Below, one piece after another: positions 10,293-20,000 of a stretch of 20,000 nucleotides of DNA. The stretch covers positions 45,062 through 65,061 of the forward strand of contig KZ538595.1 of the NCBI GenBank assembly GCA_000934665.2. Reading direction: 5' to 3'. The notes beneath the pieces are model-generated. The model saw nothing but the letters and a program-made list of their open reading frames with translations. It was not told where the DNA came from and made no database searches. Position 1 is the stretch's first letter; the number at the start of each line of letters is the position of its first letter. A program made the translations under genes and the position numbers. The stretch comes from Catajapyx aquilonaris. Its lineage: Eukaryota.

Positions 10293-11487
10293 CTTCTCAA
10301 TTTACTCAAGTGCGCTGCAATACCTGCTTCATAAAAATACTGTAGTCATGCAGATGCCCCGAGTCACCCCCAATGCTGCCAAACAAAGGAACAAACCACA
10401 ACTGATGGCGCACGGGAAAATGTCTCTCAGATATCCTGATAACATGCAGTGAGATAAGATAGTCGTTGGACTCTTTCATTTTTAAACAGTCACATGAGTT
10501 CCAGTCACTTTATTCTTAACTGAAACAGGTACAGCCTACATATTATAATAAAGAGAGAATGGTCAGTTCCATCAACAGTGCTTGGGCAGTACACAGGCCA
10601 TTTTAGATGCTTCATCTCAATTTTTGCTTTCCATCCACAAACCATAAATTTTCTACGAGCAGTTGACTTACACGCAGCCGAACCCCAAACAGACGGGACT
10701 CGCCATTCTCAAAAAGAAGGATCATTTTCACTTGAAATTGGCTTGGCTCTTCCAAGAATGTGTACACACTCAGAAGAGCAAAATTGTATGAAGAAAATAA
10801 TTTAAGCGTGTAAATGACGTGGACAAATGCAAAAGTGTCACGTTATGAAAATGGGTTGCATTACTGGTACCTGTAGACGTGCTTAATTTCTTAACAAAGT
10901 ACCTCCCTTTATAAGCAGGGTATAAAACTATTACAGTATTGCTGCTCATGTGTAGATTACAAATCAGTTGTCAGATGACTTTCAAACACACGGCTATCAC
11001 ATGCGTTTCACTTCACCATCCAAGCTTCTAACATGGGGTGGTTGGATACAAGGGAATGTGCTGGAGAAAATGGGTGGGTTTTGCCCTCAATTACATCAAT
11101 GTGGAAATATGGTACTTATATTATATTACAAAATGGCACATAAATGTTGAACACGTATTACAAACCTATACCCGTATATATATATCCAACAGTAAACGGA
11201 GTCCTCTGTCAAAAAGTGTACATGAAATTGCAAGACTTCACCTTACACACTTTTACAGAGCTCATTAGAGTAACTACAGTATCTAGAAATTCTAATGGGC
11301 AAGATTCGACCATCAGATAGCAATTCACCTACGCCCAACATGCATCCAAGAGATTCCCCATTTTACTTGGTAGTATGCTTCTTCTTTTTCGAGCGACATG
11401 ATCTAATGTGGCCTTTGCAACCATAAGAACAGGGCAGGAGGACATTGCTGTTGACACGACAGAAAAGAGTTCCAAGTACTTGGCACA

Positions 11488-12172
11488 TTATCGCACAAAG
11501 TACAAGTTTGGCACTAGTTGCTGGGAACTGGACATGTTGCTGAATTCAACTTCAAGGCCATTGAATGACACTTTCTCAATGCACTGTGGAAAGGTTGAAA
11601 TAGTTGTTCTGTCCCCATAGATGCGCGTCAAGGTGACTTCAATGCAGTACTCAGATCCTGCCTTCACCCTGATTGGAGTGTCAAACATCACTTTGTATGG
11701 AGCATCCAGTTGATTGTCAGCGCAAGTGAACAAAACCCTCTGCCAGGACCCATGATCTTTTACTACACAACTAAGCGATACTCTACTGTTATGACGCCCG
11801 TAATAGGAATCCCACGAATCACAATAATCAGTGACTTGTATTCCCGTGAAAGAGCAAAATGGAGGAGTCTCAACTTTGAAGTTGAAATTAAAGTTGTGAG
11901 AGGCCTCAATGTTTGTCTTCACCATGTTGAGAGAGCGGCAACAAGTCACTTCCCTCACTTTCCTCCTGGTTTCACTCTCAGTTTCCTTGGCAATCTGCAT
12001 CTTGGCAATCATCCTGAGCAGATGTGTCGTCAGTTCTTCATGGCTCACCAGCCTTGTGGGCATCACCACGTTGCTCAGTTCACTTGCTGTCATGGCATCA
12101 TATTCGAGGTGCGGTTGAAAAGGGGAAAACACCTCCTGGATGGAATCCTCTCTGGGTGCATTTCTCTTAGCC
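11488..12172 (-). CDS. BTB copy 2 exon 5 (BACK end plus PHR)
   Basis: ttattcttag acceptor, phase 2; (W)AKRNAPREDSIQEVFSPFQPH...QLVPNLYFVR-stop. Confidence 0.88.
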
Positions 12173-14564
12173 CTAAGAATAAGAGGACTTCACATGAAAC
12201 GCAACTGATTCAATCAAGTGCAATTTGTACAGGAACTTACCATTTGTAGGCGGCGCTAAATATGGTAACTTCCTTGGCCTCAAGTTGAGAAGTGGCAATT
12301 ATCTTCAAGGCCACATCTTTAGGGAGGGCAGGAAATTCTTCATCCTGCAGCACATTCTCAGCATGCTTCTCAATCATCTGGTAAGAATATGACAATGTCA
12401 AACCCTTACTTAAAACTTCAACACAGACACTAGCAGTGGCTCGAGTGGGTCGCAGTGCCAGAAGGACGCAGTACGTATCCCAATCTGATACAACTTTCAG
12501 GACAGGAAGTTGAAGTTTCACAGCCGAAGCATTCTTCGCCACTTATTTCTGTCAATCATAGGGAGTTTTGCTATCTATTTTTCCCCATGGCTTGTGCCCA
12601 ATGATCACTTCAGGCTGTGATGTTTTGTATCATGGGGTTGAAAATATGTCTTGCACCACAACACACATGTTTGTGCAAGGCAAAATTGAGTATCCCAGTC
12701 TCTATGAACTTTTTTACCTTGATGATATGCTACGGTATATTATATGTTTTGGGTGCAAAAGTTGAGTTTTGAACACTGGTTAGGATACACCTACTGTCTC
12801 TTATTCCACCAACCTACTGGATTTATTGGCACACCATTGCACCCAACCAACCCGTGCCTCTCTCTGTCCAACAGCTGGTTTATTTTATCCTTGGGCCATG
12901 AACAGGAACAAAGTATTTTCCAGGAGTGACATGTTCGCTTGGACCCACGATTTGTCTCTGGCATGCAAGGTGGGTGGCAGAGAGAAAGTGCAAGGAAGGA
13001 GGAGAGATAGGAGGTGGTGGCGGAGAAAAGTATGTGATTCCTCATGTGCTGGGTGGTGGGAGGGGTAGGAATAATATCATAATACTGTTGTGTCATGTTT
13101 TCATACCAGGATATTCCATTGGAAGTGAATGCCATTTGAACGTGGGAATCTACATGGAAGTGTGTGCCAGAATGGATGGGCTTATCATGGGTGGTCTTAT
13201 GCAACAAGATTGGGCAGCTTGGGGCAGTGCAGTGGCATGTTGTGACTATTGGTGACCCACTGGCACCAGAGATCGGTAACACATTCCTTGCAACTTAAAC
13301 TGTCTTGCAGCACTTAAAGGGTTTCTCTTTCACCTATGAGAAGCTAATTTTTAGGTAGCTTGCAAAAATAACATCTGAAAAGTCCTTGTAACAAACAGAC
13401 TACAATGAAAAAATTGCTAACTAAAATATACACCATAATTATTGGAACATAGGATTTGCTTTGTGTAGTGTATACAAGATTGCAACCTGATACCAGTCGG
13501 TGCATCACATGTGACTTACTTCAAGGCACTTCGCTTCCAGCTCATCGTCATTGTAGAACACCGCCTTCTCTAGTGACTCCAGCACATTTTCAGCTGAGAT
13601 ATTGGTGGTGATGTGCTGCAATGCACAAAAAAGAAAGTGTTAAATTGTACCTGAAGCACATTTCCCAATTTACTTGGTCAAGCTACATTGTCACGTGAAC
13701 ACACGTATACCTCTCTGGTCTTGTCAGCCAGGTGCTTCATCTTGAACCTCTGAGCCAACTTCCACAAATCCCATGTGTCTGCCATGGAATCAAACTTGAG
13801 CTCCTCCTTGTAGATGTAGAGAAGCAAATTCCGGAAAACCCTTGGACTGGTGTCCGGAATCTTCAGAGGTTGAGATGACTCTTTGTAAAGCATTCCTGCC
13901 AGAACAGAGCTGGACATGGCCAGGATGACCTTGTGAATCTGCAACAAATCATCCAAAACAGCCATGAGAAGCCATTTTAATGGGAGGATATGACGACAAT
14001 TGGCATAGCTCTAAGTAAGTGGTAGAGGTGGTAGGGGACTTCAGTTTTAACACTAGACAAGTCACCAATCTGCCTTCCCTATTTTATTGGCCGAAGTGTT
14101 GTCAAACTAGGAATCTGACAATGTGTAGAATTTATTGCAAAACCCAGTAAATCACATCAGAACAACTGATCACATGTGAAATGTCTGTCCACACTTGCAT
14201 GCCATTGAGTTAGAAATCCCATATTGAGCCGTGCACATACCTGAAATGTCTTTTCGTCTCCGTCTGTTCCTCTGACAATGACAGATGAGTCTTCAGGAAC
14301 TTGGAAGGTGAGCAGTTGCGCAACCCTCTCCGTTATGCTGTTGGCTTCATTCCATTGGGTCTCACCTGGCAGGTCCAGTTCCAGGGTTGAGTCTACCTGT
14401 CGATCAGTGTCAGATGTCCCATTGCTGGCAGCACTCCCATCACGCTGTTCTTCATGGTCACCACTTCCTCTGCCAGTCAACAAGCTGACTCCCATCAGTC
14501 CCATGTCACTCCATGGTTCCTCCTCACTTGATATTATTGACACACTACTCATCTCATCATCCAT
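11488..14564 (-). CDS. BTB/POZ-BACK-PHR domain protein, copy 2 (BTBD1/2/3/6-like), ~489 aa
   Basis: Exons 14564-14241, 13938-13711, 13615-13520, 12377-12241, 12172-11488 (1470 nt), GT-AG, same phases as copy 1 with the same 96- and 137-nt exons. IHKVILAMSSSVL..FRNLLLYIYKEEL; C-terminal YKVMFDTPIRVKAG..QLVPNLYF. Probable 5'UTR intron 14606-14799. Confidence 0.88.
12241..12377 (-). CDS. BTB copy 2 exon 4 (BACK)
   Basis: ttcttaccag|MIEKHAENVLQDEEFPALPKDVALKIIATSQLEAKEVTIFSAAYK-W|gtaagt, 137 nt. Confidence 0.87.
13520..13615 (-). CDS. BTB copy 2 exon 3
   Basis: ttgcag|HITTNISAENVLESLEKAVFYNDDELEAKCLE|gtaagt, 96 nt. Confidence 0.86.
13711..13938 (-). CDS. BTB copy 2 exon 2 (BTB core)
   Basis: ttgttgcag|IHKVILAMSS...LADKTRE|gtatac, 228 nt. 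Confidence 0.88.
14241..14564 (-). CDS. BTB copy 2 exon 1 (acidic N-terminus, BTB start)
   Basis: MDDEMSS...WNEANSITERVAQLLTFQVPEDSSVIVRGTDGDEKTFQ|gtatgt. Confidence 0.8.
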
Positions 14565-15079
14565 GGTTCAACAGTGTCCCTTGTGCAATTACAGCAGACT
14601 GGCTCCTGTGTGGTGGGAAAAAAAGCAAGTCAGAGTCGCCCATTGCACACCCCCTACGTAGGATCAGTTGATGGAGTACCCTTATATTGTCAGTCTCTCT
14701 TGGCCATTGGGCGTCTGTCTCCTCTTCACCCTGTAGCCTACTGTACAACTACATATACCATCAGCAGAGTGCCGGTCAGCGCAAAGTGTATTTAATTACC
14801 TGCGAGAATAATAAGCCAGGAATAATCTTTCTTCCGTATGTAGAGCCGGGATATGTCCACAGCAGCAGCAGCAGCGAGATGAGTGGACGCGAGTTCCCTT
14901 ATTGCCTCTAGACGAGGAGAATACTACTTGTTGCCGTAGTGTGAGACTACTACTTGTGCGATGCGGAGAGAAGTAATCAGTCAAAGTAATAATCGAACAG
15001 GCTACAACAGAATAAGGCCACACAAACAGACACGGGACAGAAACCTTCGGCAATATTCTGTGGCTTGAACAAAGAGAGA

Positions 15080-15362
15080 CCCTGGCCTGCCCTGGCCTGC
15101 CCTGGCCTGCCCTGGCCTGCCCTGGCCTGCCCTGGCCTGCCCTGGCCTGCCCTGGCCTGCCCTGGCCTGCCCTGGCCNNNNNNNNNNNNNNNNNNNNNNN
15201 NNNNNNNNNNNNNNNNNNNNNNNNNNNNNNNNNNNNNNNNNNNNNNNNNNNNGCCCTGGCCTGCCCTGGCCTGCCCTGGCCTGCCCTGGCCTGCCCTGGC
15301 CTGCCCTGGCCTGCCCTGGCCTGCCCTGGCCTGCCCTGGCCTGCCCTGGCCTGCCCTGGCCT
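15080..15362. repeat. Perfect 10-bp tandem repeat (CCCTGGCCTG)n interrupted by an assembly gap
   Basis: About 10 units before and 11 units after a 75-N gap (15178-15252); true length unknown. Confidence 0.97.
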
Positions 15363-15409
15363 TCCCGCCAGCCTGCCTGCCCACCACGGAGCATGCGCAC
15401 AGGCCGAAC

Positions 15410-15691
15410 GAGCCTTCCCATTGGTCCCCCTGCGCACTGGGACCCCAACACCCTTCCTCCCTAGCTACGCCACTCTTCCCCGTCCATAATGTCTCGGACC
15501 TTTTTGGGTTTTCCCTGCATGCACCAGGAATCTATTTACTTCGCAAAAACCGGTAAGAACTTACTGAAAGTAGAGGGATTGGAGGCGCACCCTGGTTTTT
15601 GCGGCCGATTGCTGGCTGCCGGCTGCAAGTGCTGCCATCCCAGTCGAAAAACCGAGGGAACATTATTATACCGTATTCCCAGATACGGTTG
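15410..15691. promoter_or_regulatory. Putative cis-regulatory module upstream of BTB copy 2, homologous to 6044-6322
   Basis: gagccttcccattggtcc.c..gcgca.tgggaccc(c)aaca block, tgca.gtgctgccatc block, and taccgtat..agatacggttg palindrome; NRF1-like GCATGCGCA adjacent at ~15391. Confidence 0.5.
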
Positions 15692-16465
15692 CGCATCAGG
15701 CTGCATAATGTGGTGGACCGTCTTATTAACATCACATTGCCAATATTTTCGCATGATGGTGCAACATAAAGCTTTTGCAAATAGCAGAGTAACAGTGAAA
15801 GCCTTAAGCATGTCTACAAAAACTTTGTTTATTAAAATGATACAAAAAAAAACACACACACAACACACCACAGCAATGCCATGAAATCTGGGTGTTGGAG
15901 AGTACTTGGCTGCAAAGCATTGTTGAAATTACATATCTGAATATGCAAGTAACAAACATTTTTTTCTCTAAACGAACCCTTAGCTTATTGAGGAATGGAA
16001 GTTACACACTTTTAATCCTCAGCGTAACATCTCAAGTTCCAACAGCGGAGCTAGTAAATCATTATGGCTTCGACTGTGTGACAAAATGAAAAGCAATTAC
16101 ATAATGCTGAACACCAGCTCCCTGAATAAATATCAAAATCCTGCATGATTACTGGCCAAATTTCTCCAACCTTCCCTTTGAGGCATGGTAGAACAGCTCT
16201 AGATGATCATTAAGTATTGATATTGTCAGTTTCCACAATCTAATTATCCAGATAATTAGCATTCGGGTCTTTTGCCGCTTTCACCTGATGTGTCACTGCA
16301 TTTGCACTCCCTTCTACAAGACATGCCTAGGGACATTAGAAAAGTCCAGAGGGTCCAAAATGACTTGAAAACTACCCATGAGCCCCCCTCCCTTGGGAAC
16401 CTCTCCCCTTTCCCATTTCAGTAAGGTAAAAATAAAAATCAAATAATACCACCTGCATATGATAT

Positions 16466-17008
16466 CAGTGCTCTCCGCTTTATTGGTGCCCAGGTTTATC
16501 GGGTCCCCGCATTTTTGGACCAAATCGCCAGGACCGGAATCAAATCAATGCCATCAATGTAATTTTCCCCCGCATAGCTGGTGATTTCCCCGGTTAGTCA
16601 GACCAGTTTGGTTGCTATAATGCTATTCTGTGGCTATTTTAAGACGATTTTTTAATGCAAGTAGGGCATGACTGTGACTGCACTCTACACCTGCACGGAC
16701 TTTTGTCAACATGATGTCAAAGACAAGAACTCGACAAGTGTTAGCCTAGACAATTTTTACAATGGAGTGAGAACTAAAATTACTGTACAGCACAGTACTT
16801 TGCACTTTCATGACAGTTGCATGACACAGTCACTTATTTTAGCCATCGATTTTACCTACACCTGTTGTGCAATAATTTGTGAGGATTAAAGCTGGTACTG
16901 CTGCAGTGTACTTTTTTTTGTGTTTTTTCCCCTTGGTTAATCAAACCCCCACTTTATTGGGCCAAAATGCCATGGCCCCGATGTGGTCCAAATAAGCGGG
17001 GAGCACTG
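16466..17008. mobile_element. Non-autonomous Tc1/mariner-superfamily (pogo/Tigger-like) DNA transposon, ~543 bp
   Basis: Imperfect TIRs: left CAGTGCTCTCCGCTTTATTGG, right (reverse complement) CAGTGCTCCCCGCTTATTTGG. TA follows the right end; the left flank TAT is degenerate. Subterminal repeats of the ccc.c.tttattgg type. Confidence 0.65.
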
Positions 17009-17341
17009 TACCCCATTGCGGTGAATCACTACTACCCAATTATCATAGCATCTTCTATGTTGCAGATACAGCATAAGACAACTTCCATCATCTGGTACAT
17101 TGCGTGGTACTGTACACCTAATGGGATCATATCCTAAATTTAGATTGCATGGTTAATTTAATATAGAAATAACAGTGATGATAATGATGACAATGATGAT
17201 CAGGCCAGTGTTAAGAATCAATATATTGCTTACAGACACCCCAACTAGAATGTGTGTTGTGTGACCAACTTATTCCCTACATTATTTGATCATTTTTGAA
17301 GTTAATAAGGGAAAGAGTTTCAAGTATCAGTACTTAGCACA

Positions 17342-18059
17342 TTACAACATAAAGTACAAGTTTGGCACTAGTTGCTGTTGGGGGCTGGATACGTGGCTGA
17401 ATTCAACTTCAAGGCCTTTGCATGACACTTTCTCAATGCACTGTGAAAAGGATGAAACAGTTACTGTTATTGGGCTTCTCACTCTTCTGTAATCAGGCAT
17501 GATGGAGCTGTTCAAGGTAATTTCAATGCAGTACTCAGAACCTGACTTCACTTTGATTGGAGTGTCAAACGTCACTATGTATGGAGCATCCAGTTCATCA
17601 CCAGTGCATGAGAACAAATCCCTCTGTGAGGACACATCTTCTACTACACAATCAAGCAGCACTGAACTACTGCAATTCCCAGATTGCCGATCGTATACAT
17701 TGTAATTATTGGCGACTTGTAATCCAATGAAAGAGCAAAAAGGAGGATTCTTTACTTTGAAGTTGAAATTAAAGTTGTGAGAGGCCTGAATGGTTATACT
17801 CCTCACACTGACTGTGAGAGATCGACAACATGTCAATACCCTCCCTTTCCTCCTGGTTTCACCCTCTGTTTCCTTGGAAACCTGCATCTTGGCAATCATC
17901 CCGAGCAGATGTGTCGTCAGCTCTTCATGGCTCACCAGCCTTGTGGGCATCACCACGTTGCTCAGTTCACTCGCTGTCATGGCATCGTATCGGATGTGCG
18001 GTTGAAAAGGGGAAAACACCTCCTGGATGGAATCCTCTTTGGGTGCATTTCTCTTAGCC
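17342..18059 (-). CDS. BTB copy 3 exon 5 (BACK end plus PHR)
   Basis: ctcatcctcag acceptor, phase 2; ORF 17342..18019. Confidence 0.87.
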
Positions 18060-18264
18060 CTGAGGATGAGAAGGCATCATGTGAAATGGAACTGATTCAA
18101 TAAAGTGCAACTTGCACAGTAACTTACCATTTGTAGGCAGCGCTAAATATGGTAACTTCCTTGGCCTCAAGATCAGGTTTGGCAATTATCTTCAAGGCCA
18201 CATCTTTAGGGAGGGCAGGAAATTCTTCATCCTGCAGCACATTCTCAGCATGCTTCTCAATCAT
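17342..18264 (-). CDS. BTB/POZ-BACK-PHR domain protein, copy 3 (last two exons; 5' exons lie beyond the right edge)
   Basis: Exon 4 18264-18128 (137 nt, 43/46 aa identical to copy 2) and exon 5 18059-17342 (open, ends QLVPNLYFML-stop). Intron 3 is homologous to that of copy 2 at 18265-~18510 and ~19696-19909. Confidence 0.86.
18128..18264 (-). CDS. BTB copy 3 exon 4 (BACK)
   Basis: MIEKHAENVLQDEEFPALPKDVALKIIAKPDLEAKEVTIFSAAYK-W|gtaagt. Confidence 0.86.
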
Positions 18265-18580
18265 CTGGTAAGAATATGACTATGTCAAACCCTTAATTAA
18301 AACTTCAACACAGACACTAGCAGTGGGTCAGTGGTAGGAGGACTTGTCCCAATCTGATACAACTTTTCAGGCCAGGAAGCTGAAGTTTTACAGCTGCAGC
18401 ATTGTCGGCAGCTTATTTCTGTCAATCCTTGGAGTTTTGTTATCTATTTTTCCCCATGGCATGGTTTGTGCCGAATGATCATTTCAGGATGTGATGTTTT
18501 ATATTATCATGTGGGTTTGGCCATCTGCGCAGACTAAAGACCACTGAGATATTGAAGGTTTGTCTGGCTTTATGGACTAC

Positions 18581-19643
18581 CAGTGGTTTTCGAAGTGGGG
18601 TACATGAACACAATTTCGGGGGTACGCGAAAGATTTTGGGCAATAGCGTCCGCTTTCTATATTTTGTGAGAACCACGCTAATCTTTCAACAAGAATGAAC
18701 CAACTTAATTTTGAGGAAAATACAAAAAAAGGTCCTACTCATTCCTTTTCTCATTTCTTTTTGCTATTAATACGACGTAGACGTATTATACGCGAGGCAT
18801 TTTCTGACTGCTGCCATTTTCATTCAGCCCATGTGTTGAAACTCATGAAGCAACATGGCAGTGTTAACTTGAACAACTACTGCTTCTATCATTGAGCTTT
18901 GAAACGTTGTGAAGGCTTTTAAAATAAACTCTGGCTGCAGAGGCTGATCTCCCTGGCCTAAAAATTTTCGAGTCTCAACAAATGAAACTGGGGACTTCCA
19001 ATATATTTTAATGTGCAAAGTAAAATAGATGGATTGGTCAAAAAATTCCAGTTTTGGGGAAAATGTTGTATACAAGGTCGCAACTTTCATTGCTTTCCAA
19101 CACTCCAAAAATTTCAAAGCGACAGCGACAGTGGAGGCCCAGTGGACATCAGTACATGAATCAATTGTCACTATAGTTATTAGAAAATATCCTATTCGAA
19201 ATGGACATGCCATTCAATTGCGTCAGGAGTTTCAGATTTATTTACCCATCCAGAATCAGGAAGGTCATCATTGGAAGTTTGAAATTTGAAAATACCCTTT
19301 TGAACTGTTGGGCACTTGGGCTGAATAATTGGAAGACTATCCAGGGCTGGCAACTAGTACTCTGAAGTACTAACTACCTATTTGTCAAGCTGTTTTTCAC
19401 ACAAAGTAGGCTATAGGTACCGTTATTAACTCTGTGTTGAGAAAGACGTCAGGCTTAAATTGACGCCACTACTATTTTTGTCCCCAATATTAACCATAAG
19501 TGTGAAAGAAAGAAATCACACTCGTCACATTAACTGATATTTGCCCACAGTTACTGCTTATTTTCAGGTAACAGGTCAGAGTGGGGGTACAAACTGTCTT
19601 GACGTAAAAGGGGTACGCGACAAAAAAAGTTTGGAAACCACTG
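18581..19643 (+). mobile_element. Decayed, internally deleted hAT transposon (Buster/Charlie type) in intron 3 of BTB copy 3
   Basis: TIRs CAGTGGTTTTCGAAGT and CAGTGGTTTCCAAACT (13/16). Frameshifted transposase remnants on +: VKAFK../KLWLQRL (~18910), QLRQEFQIYLP (~19215), DYPGLATSTLK..TTYL/QAVFS (19335-19400), YRYRY*LCVEKDVRLKLT, and PNINHKCERKKSHSSH* (ends 19533), matching the hAT C-terminal dimerisation region. No clean 8-bp TSD. Confidence 0.8.
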
Positions 19644-20000
19644 GATTATACAATGAAATGTTAAGGTTTCAACAACCACAGCCCCACCCATTGAGAGATC
19701 AATAGCGTAACACAATCCTTGCATGTTAGACTGGTCTTGCAGACCTCTAGGGATAGGTTTCTCTTTCACCCATGAGAAGCTAATTTTTTGGTAGCTTGCA
19801 AAAATAACATTTGAAAAGTCCTTGTAAGAAAAGCAGACTACAATGAAAAGAATGCTTGCTTAAACTTACACCATAATTGGAATATAGGATTTGCTTTCTG
19901 TAGTGTATATGTCGTGAGCCAATTGTGCGCTTGGCCCAATAGTCCGCGAGTGAATTGGCAGCCGGCCAACTGTTCTGCCCCTCCAAGCCACCACCACCCC

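Noticed and set aside
15080..15362. Possible CRISPR-like array
   Set aside because: No spacers, 10-bp unit, eukaryotic context.
14796..15556. ORFs encoding (GQGRPGQARA)n or (PWPALACPGL)n
   Set aside because: By-products of a stop-free 10-bp repeat read through an N gap; no other coding signal.

Overview
Eukaryotic (metazoan, probably invertebrate) genomic DNA with four intron-containing genes, all on the minus strand, reconstructed by hand from splice signals and phase. (1) 1-5698: a PARP12/ZAP(PARP13)/TIPARP-like gene, running off the left edge, with 7 coding exons and about 800 aa in the window. It has a low-complexity N-terminus, two ZC3H11A-like CCCH fingers, a CCCH finger followed by three WWE domains, and the start of a PARP catalytic domain; one intron appears to be GC-AG. 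(2-4) 7403-18264+: a tandem array of three BTB-BACK-PHR (BTBD1/2/3/6-like, putative Cullin-3 adaptor) paralogs with matching exon structure; the third runs off the right edge. Copies 2 and 3 are recent duplicates with near-identical BACK regions and alignable introns but strongly diverged PHR loops. A collinear non-coding module lies upstream of both the PARP gene and BTB copy 2. Also present: a Harbinger-type MITE, a pogo/Tigger-like element, a decayed hAT (Buster/Charlie) transposon, and a 10-bp tandem repeat around a 75-N gap. The best candidate for a novel system is a putative antiviral/innate-immune locus pairing a ZAP-like ADP-ribosyltransferase with diversifying Cul3 substrate receptors; this is inference.
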